From the NCBI RefSeq assembly GCF_004010195.1, contig NC_057723.1:17050387-17114386 (forward strand): a DNA stretch of 64,000 bases. Reading direction: 5' to 3'. Each line of letters begins with the position of its first letter. The stretch's first letter is position 1. Position numbers and translations under genes: made by a program. The notes under the pieces are model-generated. The model did not search any database, had not been told where the DNA came from, and was given only the letters and a program-made list of their open reading frames with translations. Shown here piece by piece: positions 10,258 to 22,169 of the stretch. The stretch is from Chiloscyllium plagiosum. Its lineage: Eukaryota.

Positions 10258-13200
10258 TTTTGAAGAACTAAAACAGACACTATCGACTGAACTGCCTATT
10301 TGTTCTGTATGCTTTTATGATGAACTCTGAGATTAATTTTAACAATTCACTTTAATAAATAAAGTTAGTGTCCCAGCCAAAGCATTTGTCTGCAGTGTCC
10401 TTGGCAAGCAATATGTTCCCAGTCTTTGATAAATCACCGTGATGTTTCACGGAACCTATCAATTGCCTTGCTGACTCTTGGCTAAAAGAAGTTATCACTT
10501 AAATATAGATCTCAGTATAATTTGCAGCCAGATTGCAAAGTGTCAAATCATGCATTGGAATTTCTTGACTAATCTAAGAGTTTGTTTAAGAAAAGTACAG
10601 ATTTAATTCTTCAGCTGTTATTTAGACAGAGCAACGTTTAATCTGTAAACCAAACAGGTTCATTTCTTCACTTTTTCTGATGTTTAGTTTTGTTGTCTCT
10701 CCTTATTATTTGTCACTTCCAGACCTCAACCACTCTGTGGTTGAGAGGAAGTGGAGGGCGGGCGCGAACAGTAATAGCAGGCTTCTGCTATCTGGAATGA
10801 GCCACTAATCATCTGTGAGACAGTAATCCACAGTGAATCTGCCTCACTCAGAATTCACCGTTACCTTCATTCCCTGACTTTGTATCCATGATTGACATCT
10901 TGCTATGTTGTATTCTTCAGGGTATAATCTTGCTCTACCACGCTAGCCTAACACATAGGTTGGATCAATGTGACTCTCAATTCACAGAACTTTAAATGTA
11001 CTTCTTTTGACTGAGCTAAAAATCACACAACACCAGGTTATAGTCCAACAGGTTTAATTGGAAGCACTAGCTTTTGGAGCGCTGCTCCTTCATCAGGTGA
11101 AGCACAATAATAAAATTCTCATTCCTGTTTTGAAATCCCTTCATGCCCTTGCTCTTTGCTATCTTTGTAATCTCCTCCATCCCCCAAAACCCTCCTGGAA
11201 ATCTATGTTTATCTAATTTCAGCGTCTTGCATTTAATAGTTCCATCACTGGTGACAATGTCCATCTGCCAAGGCCTAAGCTCTGGAGTTGCCTCCCTAAA
11301 GCTTGCAGACTTATTTGCTTGTTTCTTTCTTCATTTATAAACCTGCTTCTTTGATCAAACCTTCAGCCATTTACCCTAATATCATATGATACTTGGTATT
11401 TAACTTTGGTTCATAATGCTTCTGTGAAGCTCCATGAGATGTTTTAATTTGCCAAAAATTATGCCAATATAACTTGTTGTTTCTGTTTAAACTCTGTAGA
11501 GAATGTGCCTAATGCTATAAAGCTGTCCCAAATTGTCCAGCAGTATCTATCATCTAAGAGTACTCTTTTTGTAAAATATTTTATATAATAAACCATTTGA
11601 TTTCATGGAGCCCATTTTATATAGGGGTCGAAGTACATTTTCTGCTGTGAAGTTCACTAAGAAACAATTAGTGCACTGGTTACTGAAGCCCCATGACTAA
11701 GCCATCCTGACTCAAGGCAAATGTGAGGCATTCCCTAGACCAGCCTTGCTGTGAAATCACAAAGACTTCATAGACATTCACATTTCCCTGATATTACCAT
11801 GTTGGTAAACATGATCCCTTCCAGGAATGACAATCTTTGGACCATCGTGTACCATTTTGAAAGTTTCGATGTTTTTCTAACACTGAGCATTTCTGAGCTA
11901 TGTCTACTGCTAAATTAAGGAGGAACAAAGTCCACCATGTTTGAGCATGTTAGCCAAGATGCACATAATAGTTTCCTTAATCGTGGAAGCTGATGGACAT
12001 ACAATCGTTGAGCTAACAGCTTAGAAGTTGATTTGATTTGAAAAGTTCTTTTAGATGTTGCATTTTTTTAAGGTAATATAGGGTGAAACAAATTTAAATG
12101 GGGGAAGCAGAGGCAATTCTTAGCTTAATCCTACTTCCCTGGGAGTGACAACGCTCATGAGGATGAAAGAATATGATCTGCACCAAACTTTGCAGATATC
12201 AGTGTGTCAGTGCGGAAATTAAGCTAACTTTACAACAGAAATCCTGAGAGAATTCGTCCTGCCACCAGAGAATAAGCTAGTTCATTTTTGCAAATTGTCA
12301 TTTTGTACAGAAACGTTGTCCCTTCCTTTGCCTCTTTCGTAGTCAGTACCCAGCCATACCTTGTTCCAAACATTTTGATCCTTTGAGAGTTATATGTATA
12401 TTTCTGAAGTGCATTTCTGAAGTGCAAATGTAAGAATAAGGAAATGGTGATGTCCAGTCCATTGCAGGTCTGCACACACACCATTCAGTACAAATGGCCA
12501 TTGCAAATTAAGGTAATATCTGGAATATTGTGTGCAGTTTTGGTCGCCATACTATAGGAAGGATGTGGAGGCATTGGAACGGGTGCAGAGGAGGTTTACC
12601 AGGATGTTGCCTGGTATGGAAGGAAAATCGTATGAGGAAAGACTGAGGCACTTGGGGCTGTTTTCACTAGAGAAAAGAAGGTTTAGGGGTGACTTGATTG
12701 AGGTGTACAAGATGATTAGGGGGTTAGATAGGGTCGACAGTATGAACCTTTTCCCGCGTATTGAGTCGGGTATTACAAGGGGGCATAGCTTTAAATTAAG
12801 GGGGGGTAGATATAGGACTGATGTTAGGGGTAGGTTCTTCACTCAGCGAGTCGTTAGTTCATGGAATGCCCTGCCAGTAACAGTGGTGGACTCTCCCTCT
12901 TTATGGGCATTTAAGAGGGCATTGGATAGGTATATGGAGGATAGTGGGTTAGTGTAGTTTAGGTGGGCTTGGATCGGCGCAACATCGAGGGCCCAAGGGC
13001 CTGTACTGCGCTGTATTCTTCTATGTTCTATGTTCTATGTTCTATTAATATGCTGCCCATGATATTCCTGGCCATTCACTCTACTTCCATCATACAATAA
13101 TTTCACTTATTTCTAGTGCCGTAATCTGTGAAGACTTTAGTTATTAAAGTGTTCAATGAATTTTTCAGCAACTAAGGATCATTTGCAACCATGATCTCAA

Positions 13201-13536
13201 TCCTGTTTTCATTCTACCAAGATTTAGACTCAGAGGTGGGATTGCCGTGGTGGGGTAGAAGGCGGAAGGACTGGCAGCTTTGCTGATCTAAAAGAACTGG
13301 CTTTGAATGCTGATCCCTTCCCTTAAGTGGGTAGGCTATAACTAGCAGAAAAGAATTGAAGTCAGCTTTACTGCTTGTCACTCTGATCAATCTGGCCCAG
13401 TAAAATTTTATTACATTTATAGCATCAGGCAAAGATTCAATCTTGGTAAATGCACCTTTGGTTAATTTAGTCCCAGCTGATTTTGAACTTTATTTATTAT
13501 CCAATATTATCCACATTTCATCCAAACAAAAAAAAA
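10115..13536 (-). repeat. Right arm of large inverted duplication (2888 bp + 534-bp CR1 insert)
   Basis: Base-for-base reverse complement of 5675-8561, with about 6 substitutions and one 1-bp indel seen by eye. Confidence 0.98.
12511..13044 (+). mobile_element. Young 5'-truncated CR1 (HER1-like) insertion, present in the right arm only
   Basis: Uninterrupted ORF 12532-12957 (QFWSPYYRKDVEALERVQRRFTRMLPG..LFSLEKRR..FFTQRVV..WNALP); (TTCTATG)n tail; empty site ttgcaaatta|ttaatatg in the left arm. Confidence 0.95.
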
Positions 13537-14074
13537 CTTCTCATAAAAAGTAAGACTTGGCTATCCCTAAGGCTGTGCACTCTTCCACCATGTAGGTGTA
13601 AAAAGCTGAAACAAAGTCAATATTTTTTGACTTGAAAGACTATATGCTAATATATGGGAGAAGTGAGTACTTGTTATCAAAAGACAGCCTGTTAAAACAA
13701 ATTTATGTTTCAATTTACTTTTCAGTTGTTAAGAAAGTGTATTTTCAGTACAATCTGCAAAAATGTTATTATTCTTTATGCTGCATCTTTGGGGAACATT
13801 AAATGAGTAACTGCAATAATTTAAGTCACTTTTGAAAATGGACACTATATAAAAAGCTGAAAATGTGCACTTTTAATATGGAGCAAGATGCAGTTACTAT
13901 GTGTTGTATTAGTTTTTTTTCTCCCTCTTTCTATTTCTTGGACATTTGCATTATGTCTCCAATTTTACCAAATAGTTTCATTTCCTGCTCACAGTTTATT
14001 GGAGGCCTTGTGATTTTTACATTGTCGGTCTGTAAGATCAATCAACTCAATATCTGCAGTCCTTACAATCTCCA

Positions 14075-14410
14075 AATTGCTGAAAAGTCTGACGTGCTGT
14101 GCTTTCTCAGCTCCACATTTTATCAACTCTGACTTCCAACACCTGCAGTCCTTATTATCTCCATGTCCCACAGACAGCAGGTTCAATATGCAATTGGAAC
14201 AATGAAGCCAAACTCTGCATGTGCAGAGTCAAAAAGTGTGGTGGTAGAAAAGCACAGCAGGTCAGGCATCAACCGAGGAGCAGGAGTGTCGATGTTTCAG
14301 GCAAAAGCTCTTCATCAGGAATGTGGAGAGGGAAGGGGACTGAGAGATGAATGGGGCTGGGGGTCGGGCTGGGGGGGAGGGGAAGGTAGTTGGGAAGGTG
14401 ATAGGTTCAG
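14075..14410. mobile_element. Penelope family-A pLTR fragments in both orientations
   Basis: gtgctgtgctttctcagc..ctgcagtcc, and aaaagcacagcaggtcaggc..gatgtttcaggcaaaagctcttcatcaggaa. Confidence 0.65.
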
Positions 14411-14464
14411 AGTCGGCTGTTATTACATTGCCATGATTGTTGTGAAGTCTATAGCTCAAAGGGG

Positions 14465-14925
14465 AAGGGGCGATGGTCTGCTGGTATTACCACTAGCTTA
14501 AAAATGTGTTGCTGGAAAAGCGCAGCAGGTCAGACAGCATCAAAGGAGAAGGAGAATCGATGTTTCGGGCATAAGCCCTTCTTCAGGAATCTGCTGCGCT
14601 TTTCCAGCAACGCATTTTTAAGCTCTGATCCCCAGCATCTGCAGTCCTCACTTTCTCCCAGTTGGTATTATCACTAGACTATTAAACTGAGGCATGATTT
14701 CAAATCCTGCCATAACAGATGGTGGAAGCTGAATTCAAGAAAAGTCTGGAATTAATTATGACAATGAAACTATTGTTGTTTGTCAGGAAAAGCCCATCAA
14801 GCTCACTAACATCCTTCAGGAAAGGAAAATACTGTCCTTACCTGGTCTAAATCACTAGAGCCACAGCAATAGTTGATTCTGAACTGCCCTGTGGGCAACA
14901 CCACATCCTTGGAATGAATTTAAAC
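14465..14925 (+). mobile_element. tRNA-head SINE (shark-type), interrupted by a Penelope-derived unit
   Basis: A-box-like head, tcaaatcc B-box, body shared with 33310 and 54330. Confidence 0.65.
14497..14662. mobile_element. Self-complementary Penelope family-A unit with hammerhead core and 15-bp TSD
   Basis: Arms aaaatgtgttgctggaaaagcgcagcag / ctgctgcgcttttccagcaacgcattttt; TSD tggtattaccactag / tggtattatcactag. Confidence 0.8.
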
Positions 14926-16544
14926 GAGTTCCATCACACTTCAAAGTAGCATTTGTATTTGAAGCATTTTGATTGTGAACTCATTCTTCATTTTGGGTAG
15001 CTGTGCTTGTGTGGTGCACAGTCTTTCTACCCAGCATGCTGAATTATATGCTTTCTATATGAATATCAATTGGTTCCCAGAAGCATAGGAAATTGTCTTG
15101 AAAAACTCTTTCTTATAGATTAGGAAAGTGTTCGAACTAGGCATTTAATATTGAGCCATATTGTTCTATACCTGAACCTACCATAGCACATGTGTAAGTG
15201 AGCTATCCCTATTTAGTAGTACATACATAGAAACTGTAATTGAAGTGTCCACTTATAGGGCAGTGAAGATTAGCACCTTTGTATACAGTACAGACAAGGG
15301 TTAAAATATAGTCAGAAAAATTCACAAAATGTCAAATGTGAATGAATTGTCCCTTTTGTCTGTTATGTAACAGCCTTACAACTTCTCCCATTTCTTATTC
15401 CCGAAAGTACAAAGTGGTTATTTAGTGGGGCAGAAGGTCATGTAATAAAATATAATGCACTGAGTGAAACAGGAAAGAGCAATTCACTTAATGGATTAAA
15501 AGAATGAGAATATGTGAATGTGTTAAGATTGCTGCCTTTTCATCATATTGAAAAGGAAAATACGCTTTTGATAATCAGTTGTTCAACAACTATCACTTGC
15601 TGAACTCTTAAAGTGTTATTATGAACTGACTGGATGGAATTTTCCCCTCAGCATGGTGTGGGCAAAGTTAGGAAACTGAAAAAAAATCAGAATCTTGATG
15701 CTGCAAAGAAGTGTCATTTAGGATTTGAATCTCATTATAGATTGGCAACCATCTCATTTCCATGCATTTGCTTTTCATTATTATCCTGAGTCACCTGATT
15801 TATGTTCCACTTTCTCTTTCACCCTTCCTTCCCTGAGGAACTAACTGGTATAAACTCCTGACATGCAAGCTTACATGGGTAACTGGAGTGTTCAGCTCAC
15901 TGATTGCTTGTCCCAGCCATCATCCAAGTGCGTGTGCAGCACAGTATCCCTGCAATTTACACCAGCCTCCTCTATCCATGCAAGGAAGCTTGGCAAACTA
16001 CTAGCCTCACCACATCATCATGCCCACTCCTGGACCAACTTGCACACCACATCAAGCCTTCATCACTGTACCCTGAAGTTTAGACGCACCTCTGACTGGC
16101 ATGTTTCTGCCAAGTTGTTTTGTGTACGGGGACCTATTCTTCTTCATATGATCATGTAGTGGTTCTTAGCTTGCTTTCTCTGCACTGACTCACTTTATAC
16201 TCACTTGGAGGCTGCCAGCCCCTTTGTGGCTGACAGGGCTTTCAGTCTGAAGTTACAGTGTGCCACCTTCTGTGTCTTTAATTGATTTTAGAGCAGAAGA
16301 AGACGCATGCAGCTTGCCATGGTAAGGAAAGCTGACATGACAAACAGGTGGAAAGGTCATTACCTGCCACCATTGGTGTGTCAATATCACACCTGCAACA
16401 TAGACCAGTCGCTTTTATGGGAAATGCAAAAATCAAAGGGGAGCAGTCCTTAGTGAGGTGAACCAGGACCACAGCCATTCAGAGGCTGCTATTAAAGCTC
16501 AGTCAATGGGCTCCAGTCCAGGGGATTGGCCACAGTCCTAAGGT

Positions 16545-16855
16545 GGGGGAAAGTGAGGATTGAAGATGCTGAAGATCAGAATCGAGAATGTGGTGCTGGA
16601 AAAGCACAGGTCAGGCAGCATCCGAGGAGCAGGCGAATTTACGTTTTGGGCATAAGACTTTCAAAAGGAATGAGGCTTGTGAGTAATGGAGGTAGAGAGA
16701 TAAATGGGAGGGGTGTGGGGCTGGCATTTATCTCTCCAGCCCCATGGCCCACCAGTCTCATTCCTGATGAAGGTCTTATGCCCAAAGCATTGATTGTTCT
16801 GCTCCTTTGATGATGCCTGACTGGCTGTGTTTTTCCAGCACCACACTCTCAACAG
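16545..16855. mobile_element. Palindromic Penelope family-A unit (decayed)
   Basis: gagaatgtggtgctggaaaagcacag ... ctgtgtttttccagcaccacactctc inverted arms. Confidence 0.75.
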
Positions 16856-17249
16856 TCAATAAGGCTATTAGTTCCTCAAGAATCTGGGAATCTATGCTTT
16901 TGATGTCTGAGAACTGGAACACAGTCCATCCAGCAGGTCAAATGCAACCTGTTTAAAAATTACAGGTGGTGGGGCTGTGGAGACATCAGTTCAGGGGGAT
17001 GGACCAACATTGCCTGATTGAGAAAAAGGTGGTGGGGGCAAGGTGGGTGCAGAATTGAACTGTGCTTGAACTGCATAAAAGAATAGTTAGTGGTGATGCA
17101 GGGGCAGATGTGGTGATGTGGCCCCAGTAAATAAGTAATAAGTATGGAGGGCAGGGAGAGTTAGTGGTTTGGGTGAATAAGGTGGCTGAGAGTCATTGAG
17201 TGGATCTGAGAATTCTGGTCCATAAGCCTTGGTGCAATATATGTGGCAT

Positions 17250-18425
17250 GGCAGTGCTAGATTGAATGGTGGCCTATGGATCATACCTAACCAATCTGTT
17301 AGAATTTTTTGAGAGAGGTAACAGGTAAGTTGGACAGAGGAGACCCAGTGGATGTATCTATTGAGATTTCCAGAAGCCCTTTGACAAGGTGCTGCACAGG
17401 AGGCATAAGATAAGGGGCAAGATACTAGCATGGATAGAGGATTGCCTGACTGGCAAAAGGCAGAAAATAGGAATAAAGGGGTATTTTTCAGGATGGCGGC
17501 TGGTGACTAGTAGAATTCCACAAAAGTCCATATTAGAACCACAATCATTCATGTTATATATTAGTAATCTGGGGGAAGGAACTGAGGGCATCATTGCAAG
17601 GTTTGCAGATGACATAAAGATAGATGGAATAACAGGTAGTACTGTGGAAGTGGAGAGACTGCAGAAGGACTTACATAGGCTGAGAGAGTAGTCAAGGAAG
17701 TGTCAGATGGAATTCCATGTGGGAAAGTGTGAGGTTATGCCACTTTAGTAGGATGCATAGTTGTATAAACTATTTTCTAAAAGAGGAAGGCTTTGGAAAT
17801 CTGAAACACAAAGGGACTTGAGAGTCCTAGTTCAGGGTTCTCTTAAGGTTGACATGCAGGTGCAGTTGGCAGTTAGGAAGGCAATTGCAGTGTTAACATT
17901 CATTTGAGAGGGCGAGAATACAAGAGCAGGGAAGGGGTACTACTGAGACTGTTTAAGGCTCTGGTCAGAACACACTTGGAATATTATAAGCAGTTTGTGC
18001 CGAAATCAAAGAAAGGATGTGCTGGCTTTGGAGAGGGTCCAAGGGGATGAAAGTCTTGTCACATGAATAGTGGTTGAAAACCCTGTTGTCTCTACTGAAT
18101 GGAGTTCAGAAGGATGGGTGGGGATCTCATCACAACTGCCAGTACACTGAGAGACGTGGATAGAGTAAACATGGTGAAGGTCTTTCTACTAGTAGGAGAA
18201 ACTATGACCCAAGGGCACATCCTCAGAATGAAGGGACAAGCCTTTAGAACTGAGGTGAGGGGGGGAATTTCTTCAACCAGAGGGTAGTGAATCTGTGCAA
18301 CTCATTACTGCAGGTTACAGGAAAAAGGCAGGATAATGGGGTTAAGAAACCTATAAGGGCATGATTGAATGGCGGAGCAGACTTGTTGGATTGAATGGGC
18401 TAATTCTACTCATATATTTTATGAC
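17250..18425 (+). mobile_element. CR1 RT pseudogene fragment with 3' end
   Basis: LAWIEDCLTGKRQKIGIKGYFSGWRLVTSRIPQKSILEP..IARFADDIKI; CR1 tail. Confidence 0.9.
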
Positions 18426-20089
18426 TTGCTGGCTCTGGCAGACTGAAGTAGCAGAGAAAAGGTGGGTGAACTTATACTTGTTAAACACAGAATCATTGAC
18501 CTTCTTCTTGCATTGCTGGACATCTCACTTCAACTGAGGCACATCACTGATGCAGGATGCCACTTGAGTCCAGACTGGCTGTCTCTGGTGGCATGGCCTT
18601 TTGTGGCTGTCAGCAGGGGAACAAATGGGCCTCCCATCCACCACCCTGTCTGCCAAAACCTCCAGGTTCCTGTCTGCAAAGCAGAGTGCATGTTACATTT
18701 TGTGCCATAATGCCCTGTCAACATGGTGTGAGAGGTACTCCCTGGCTTGCAGCACCTGAAGTGAAGTGCAGCTGAGCTTTACATATAGTCTGAGCAGCAA
18801 GAACAGTGCAATATCCAAATAGTGGTGAATGCTTTGGTTTTAATTGTGTTCAATTCCACGAGAAAGGAGCTGGAAAGCCTGGATGCGGGGTTAATGAAGT
18901 GCAGTGTAGGAAGATTCATATGAAAAATAGCTGCATGCCAAGGTAGACCAGACACCATAGGTCTCTCTCAACAATACACTCCACCTGCAAACAGGCAAGT
19001 TCTGTCTTTAGTCTCATATAGTTCTTTCTTATCAAAGCTTCAGCCATAGCAAGTCCGTTTCCATGGATTTGACCATTCTTGTGCTTAAATAATAAATTGT
19101 ATGTCCAATTGAATAAGTGAGTACATTTTAAAATAAGTTGCTATTACATTAACTGTGAAGACTGTTTTACAACTCGACTTCAATCCGTCTGCCCTGTACA
19201 CATCATTTAGCATTCATGAGTGTGAATCTCGTCGAGGTCCACTTATCATCTATTATCTACAGATGTCTGATATTAACAACTGTAAGTGTAGAAGTTAAGC
19301 AGGAGGTTAGTCCCCTTAGGTCTAAAAAAATGTGAAGCACTAAATGTCTGTGATTAACAGGGAGCCCAACCATTTAAAGTCTGTAAAATAACTCCACAAA
19401 TGCAGAAGTTAAACATAGGGTTCATCCTCCAGAGTACAATAATAAGAACAGCATCAATGTTGGAGGGCAAGTGAATGGATCTGGATGTAAAGCACTTGTA
19501 TGCATTAAGAGAGAAAATTGCCAAATGGCATTTCTGGCCCAAAGCCAAAGAATTGAGAACAAAATACTGCACCAATCAGTTAATGAGCTAAGGGGTCAAA
19601 TTCAGCTGGAATACTTGTCTTATCTGTTCACTGTTTCAGTAACACCCAGAAAATGACAATAAAATTTAACCGAATGTGCCTTAAAATACTAAATTACATT
19701 TAAAATAGCTATTACTCACAAATGCAGTATCAATTTATCTTTAAGCCATGTCTCTGTACAATATATTGCAGTTTATATAACATTTTAAGGCATTTCAACA
19801 AAATAAACACTTCTTGTTCCTCAGCCTTAACATCTTGTTATCTAACATAATGATTCTGGGATAATGCAGGGGTCTGCATTAAACTCCACTCAATCTGATA
19901 CAAGCTTGCATTGACATAATATAGACCATTATAGGAATTTGTGGAGCACAGACCTATATCCTCATTGCCTTAGAGTAACAATATTTATTTAGTTAATGTA
20001 ACTTGTACCTGACTGCTATCATGCAATAACTACATCTTGTTTAAGATAAGAGCCTCTTCTCTTCAAGACTCGCTAGTAGTCATTTCTCT

Positions 20090-20950
20090 ACCATGGCGAA
20101 AACAAATAGGCCCTTAGAAATCCAATCAAGGAAAGAGGAACAGTAGCAGAATTCTTGCCCACAAATATAACATGGTGATCTGTGGTGGTATTGCTTCATA
20201 ACACCATAAGGTACAATCATGGAATGTTAACTGGACTGCGAAGAACAAATTTCTAGAAGTCCAAGAGGGTTTACATTTTTCAAGACTTATTGCTTTCAGA
20301 AGCATTTACAGACAGACACAACTGCAAGCATTTAAATAAACAAGCAGCCAGCAGGAACTCATGAAAAGAACAACAAGGGAAATACAGCCCTATAGGCTAA
20401 AGTTTTTACTTTAGACCTGGTATCAATGCAAGAGATATATCACGTGATGAGAACAACTTAAAGACTAGTCATAACTGAGTTACCGATTCTGTTGGGAAGG
20501 AAGATCTGTAGGATCATTCCCAATTAGATGTTTGCCCAAGAAGCAGATGTTTCAGAACTCCTTGATTAAAGTTAAACATGATTTTCACTTTAAAACTCTC
20601 TAAATGAATGGCACAACAATAAAAGTCTGAGAAGATTTTAAGTGGAATAAAAGAAGTACTTGCTGTTCACAATGAGCGTTGTCACCATCACAAGTGTACA
20701 CCATGAAGCCCAGTGACAACAGGGAAATTAAGAACCATTGAAATACTTCATATCAAAATCATAGCATGGGCAAAGATGCTAAGCAGACTTAAGACAAACA
20801 AAGGGACAATTTAAAAGCTAAAGTGGACAGTATCTAATAAATAGAGGCTTTGAGGCTGCACTAATTGTGGGAGATCCATAATTCAAACCATGATTCTGGC
20901 AGGAAGAATTTAACAAAGCTAAGAACACAAGATTTTATTTGGGTCTCCAT
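20090..20950 (+). mobile_element. Possible ancient non-LTR RT fossil (RTE-like)
   Basis: Weak ordered traces resembling LFADD (MFAQE), FKYLGS (LKYFIS) and LLYGSETW (ALIVGDP); many stops. Confidence 0.25.
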
Positions 20951-21087
20951 GGAAAGGAGGTGGATTGTGTAGTAAGCATTGAAAGATGGACAATTTTCCA
21001 TTAAAAAGGAGGAAAATTCCATTTTATGCCCTTAATTTTTGAGTACAAAAATGAGGGAAAACCTGCACAAAACAGTACAATGATACT

Positions 21088-21265
21088 GGGTGGTATGGTG
21101 GCTCAGTGGTTAACACTGCTGCCTCACAGCACCAGGGTCCTGGGTTTGATTCCTGCCTGTCTGTGTGGAGTTTGCACATTCTCCCTGTGGGTGTGCTCTG
21201 GTTTCCTCCCACAATTCAAAGATGTGCAGGTCAGGTGAATTGGCCATGCTAAATTGCCCAATAGT
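21088..21265 (+). mobile_element. HE1 SINE, 3'-truncated
   Basis: ggtggctcagtggttaacactgctgcctcacagcaccaggg..gatgtgcaggtcaggtgaattggccatgctaaattgccc. Confidence 0.9.
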
Positions 21266-21494
21266 ACTGCAGAACTGAAAAACTTTGAAGTTAGAAAAAC
21301 AGATAGACACATTCGAAAGACTTGGCTGGAGAATTAATACTATCTGCAATATTAAAATAAAGGATGGACCAAATTGAACATAGGATAGAACTTCTTTGGA
21401 AAACAATCCTTATGATAAATAATTTGTTCAAAATTAACTATTTACTCACAAGCTAAACATGCAAATAATCACATACTGAGAAGGTTCTGGTTAA

Positions 21495-21700
21495 AGGGGT
21501 CACTTAGCTCATCTGGCTGGATAGATGGTTTGTGATGTAGAGTAACATCAAATATAAGTTTAATTCTCATACTGGCTGAGGTTACCAGGAAGGTCCCACC
21601 TTCTCAAGCTCACTCCTTGCCTGAGGTGTGTTGACCCTCAGGTTAAACTGTCACCAGTTATCTTTCTCTAATGAGAAAATGGTGACTTTACCTTTACTTT
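21495..21700 (+). mobile_element. Short tRNA-head SINE (family also seen at ~52925-53030)
   Basis: cacttagctca..tggctgg head; gcctgagg..tgaccctcaggttaaac..ctctaatgaga core. Confidence 0.6.
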
Positions 21701-22169
21701 TTTATCCTAGTTAAAAATCACTATAAGTTTTTTTTTATTCATGTAATTGAACACTTTGCCTTACCTTCACTTTTCATTGCAGTATTCAATAAAATCAATT
21801 ACTTTCATCACATTACTTTCATCACCTACTTTGTGTTGTTTTGCCTTCCTTGCCACAGTGTTGCTAATGGATCTGCAACAATGTCGATTGCTTCACCTAT
21901 CCCAAGATCCTGACTGTAGTTCTCAAGAATCTGATCTAAGTCCTATTACTTCCTCTCCTTCATGCTTTTTCCCAATGATCTCACACATAAGCATTGGGTC
22001 AACAACATCACAAACATTTCCATAGTAAGTTAATGAGTGCAGGGATAATGAAAAATAAAGAAGACTTGGTGCTGTGTAAGATGCAGCAGCTGAGTTTTTA
22101 ATGAATTAAAGCTTGTGGAAAATGAAGTATGGCAGTACAGCCAAGAGAGTAGTTGAATAGATGAGGTTG

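Larger units (their letters stand above)
15630..19008 (-). mobile_element. Decayed PIF/Harbinger-like element with Myb/SANT remnant, with nested Penelope and CR1
   Basis: Minus strand ~18495-18690 reads FADRNLEVLADRV..W.QVA..I....*DVQQCKKKVND (Myb/SANT-like pattern); outer limits uncertain. Confidence 0.45.

Noticed and set aside
5675-13536. Giant TIRs of a Foldback/Polinton-type transposon
   Set aside because: Arms contain ordinary old TE fragments, the inner end cuts through a SINE, and the spacer has no transposase or polymerase.
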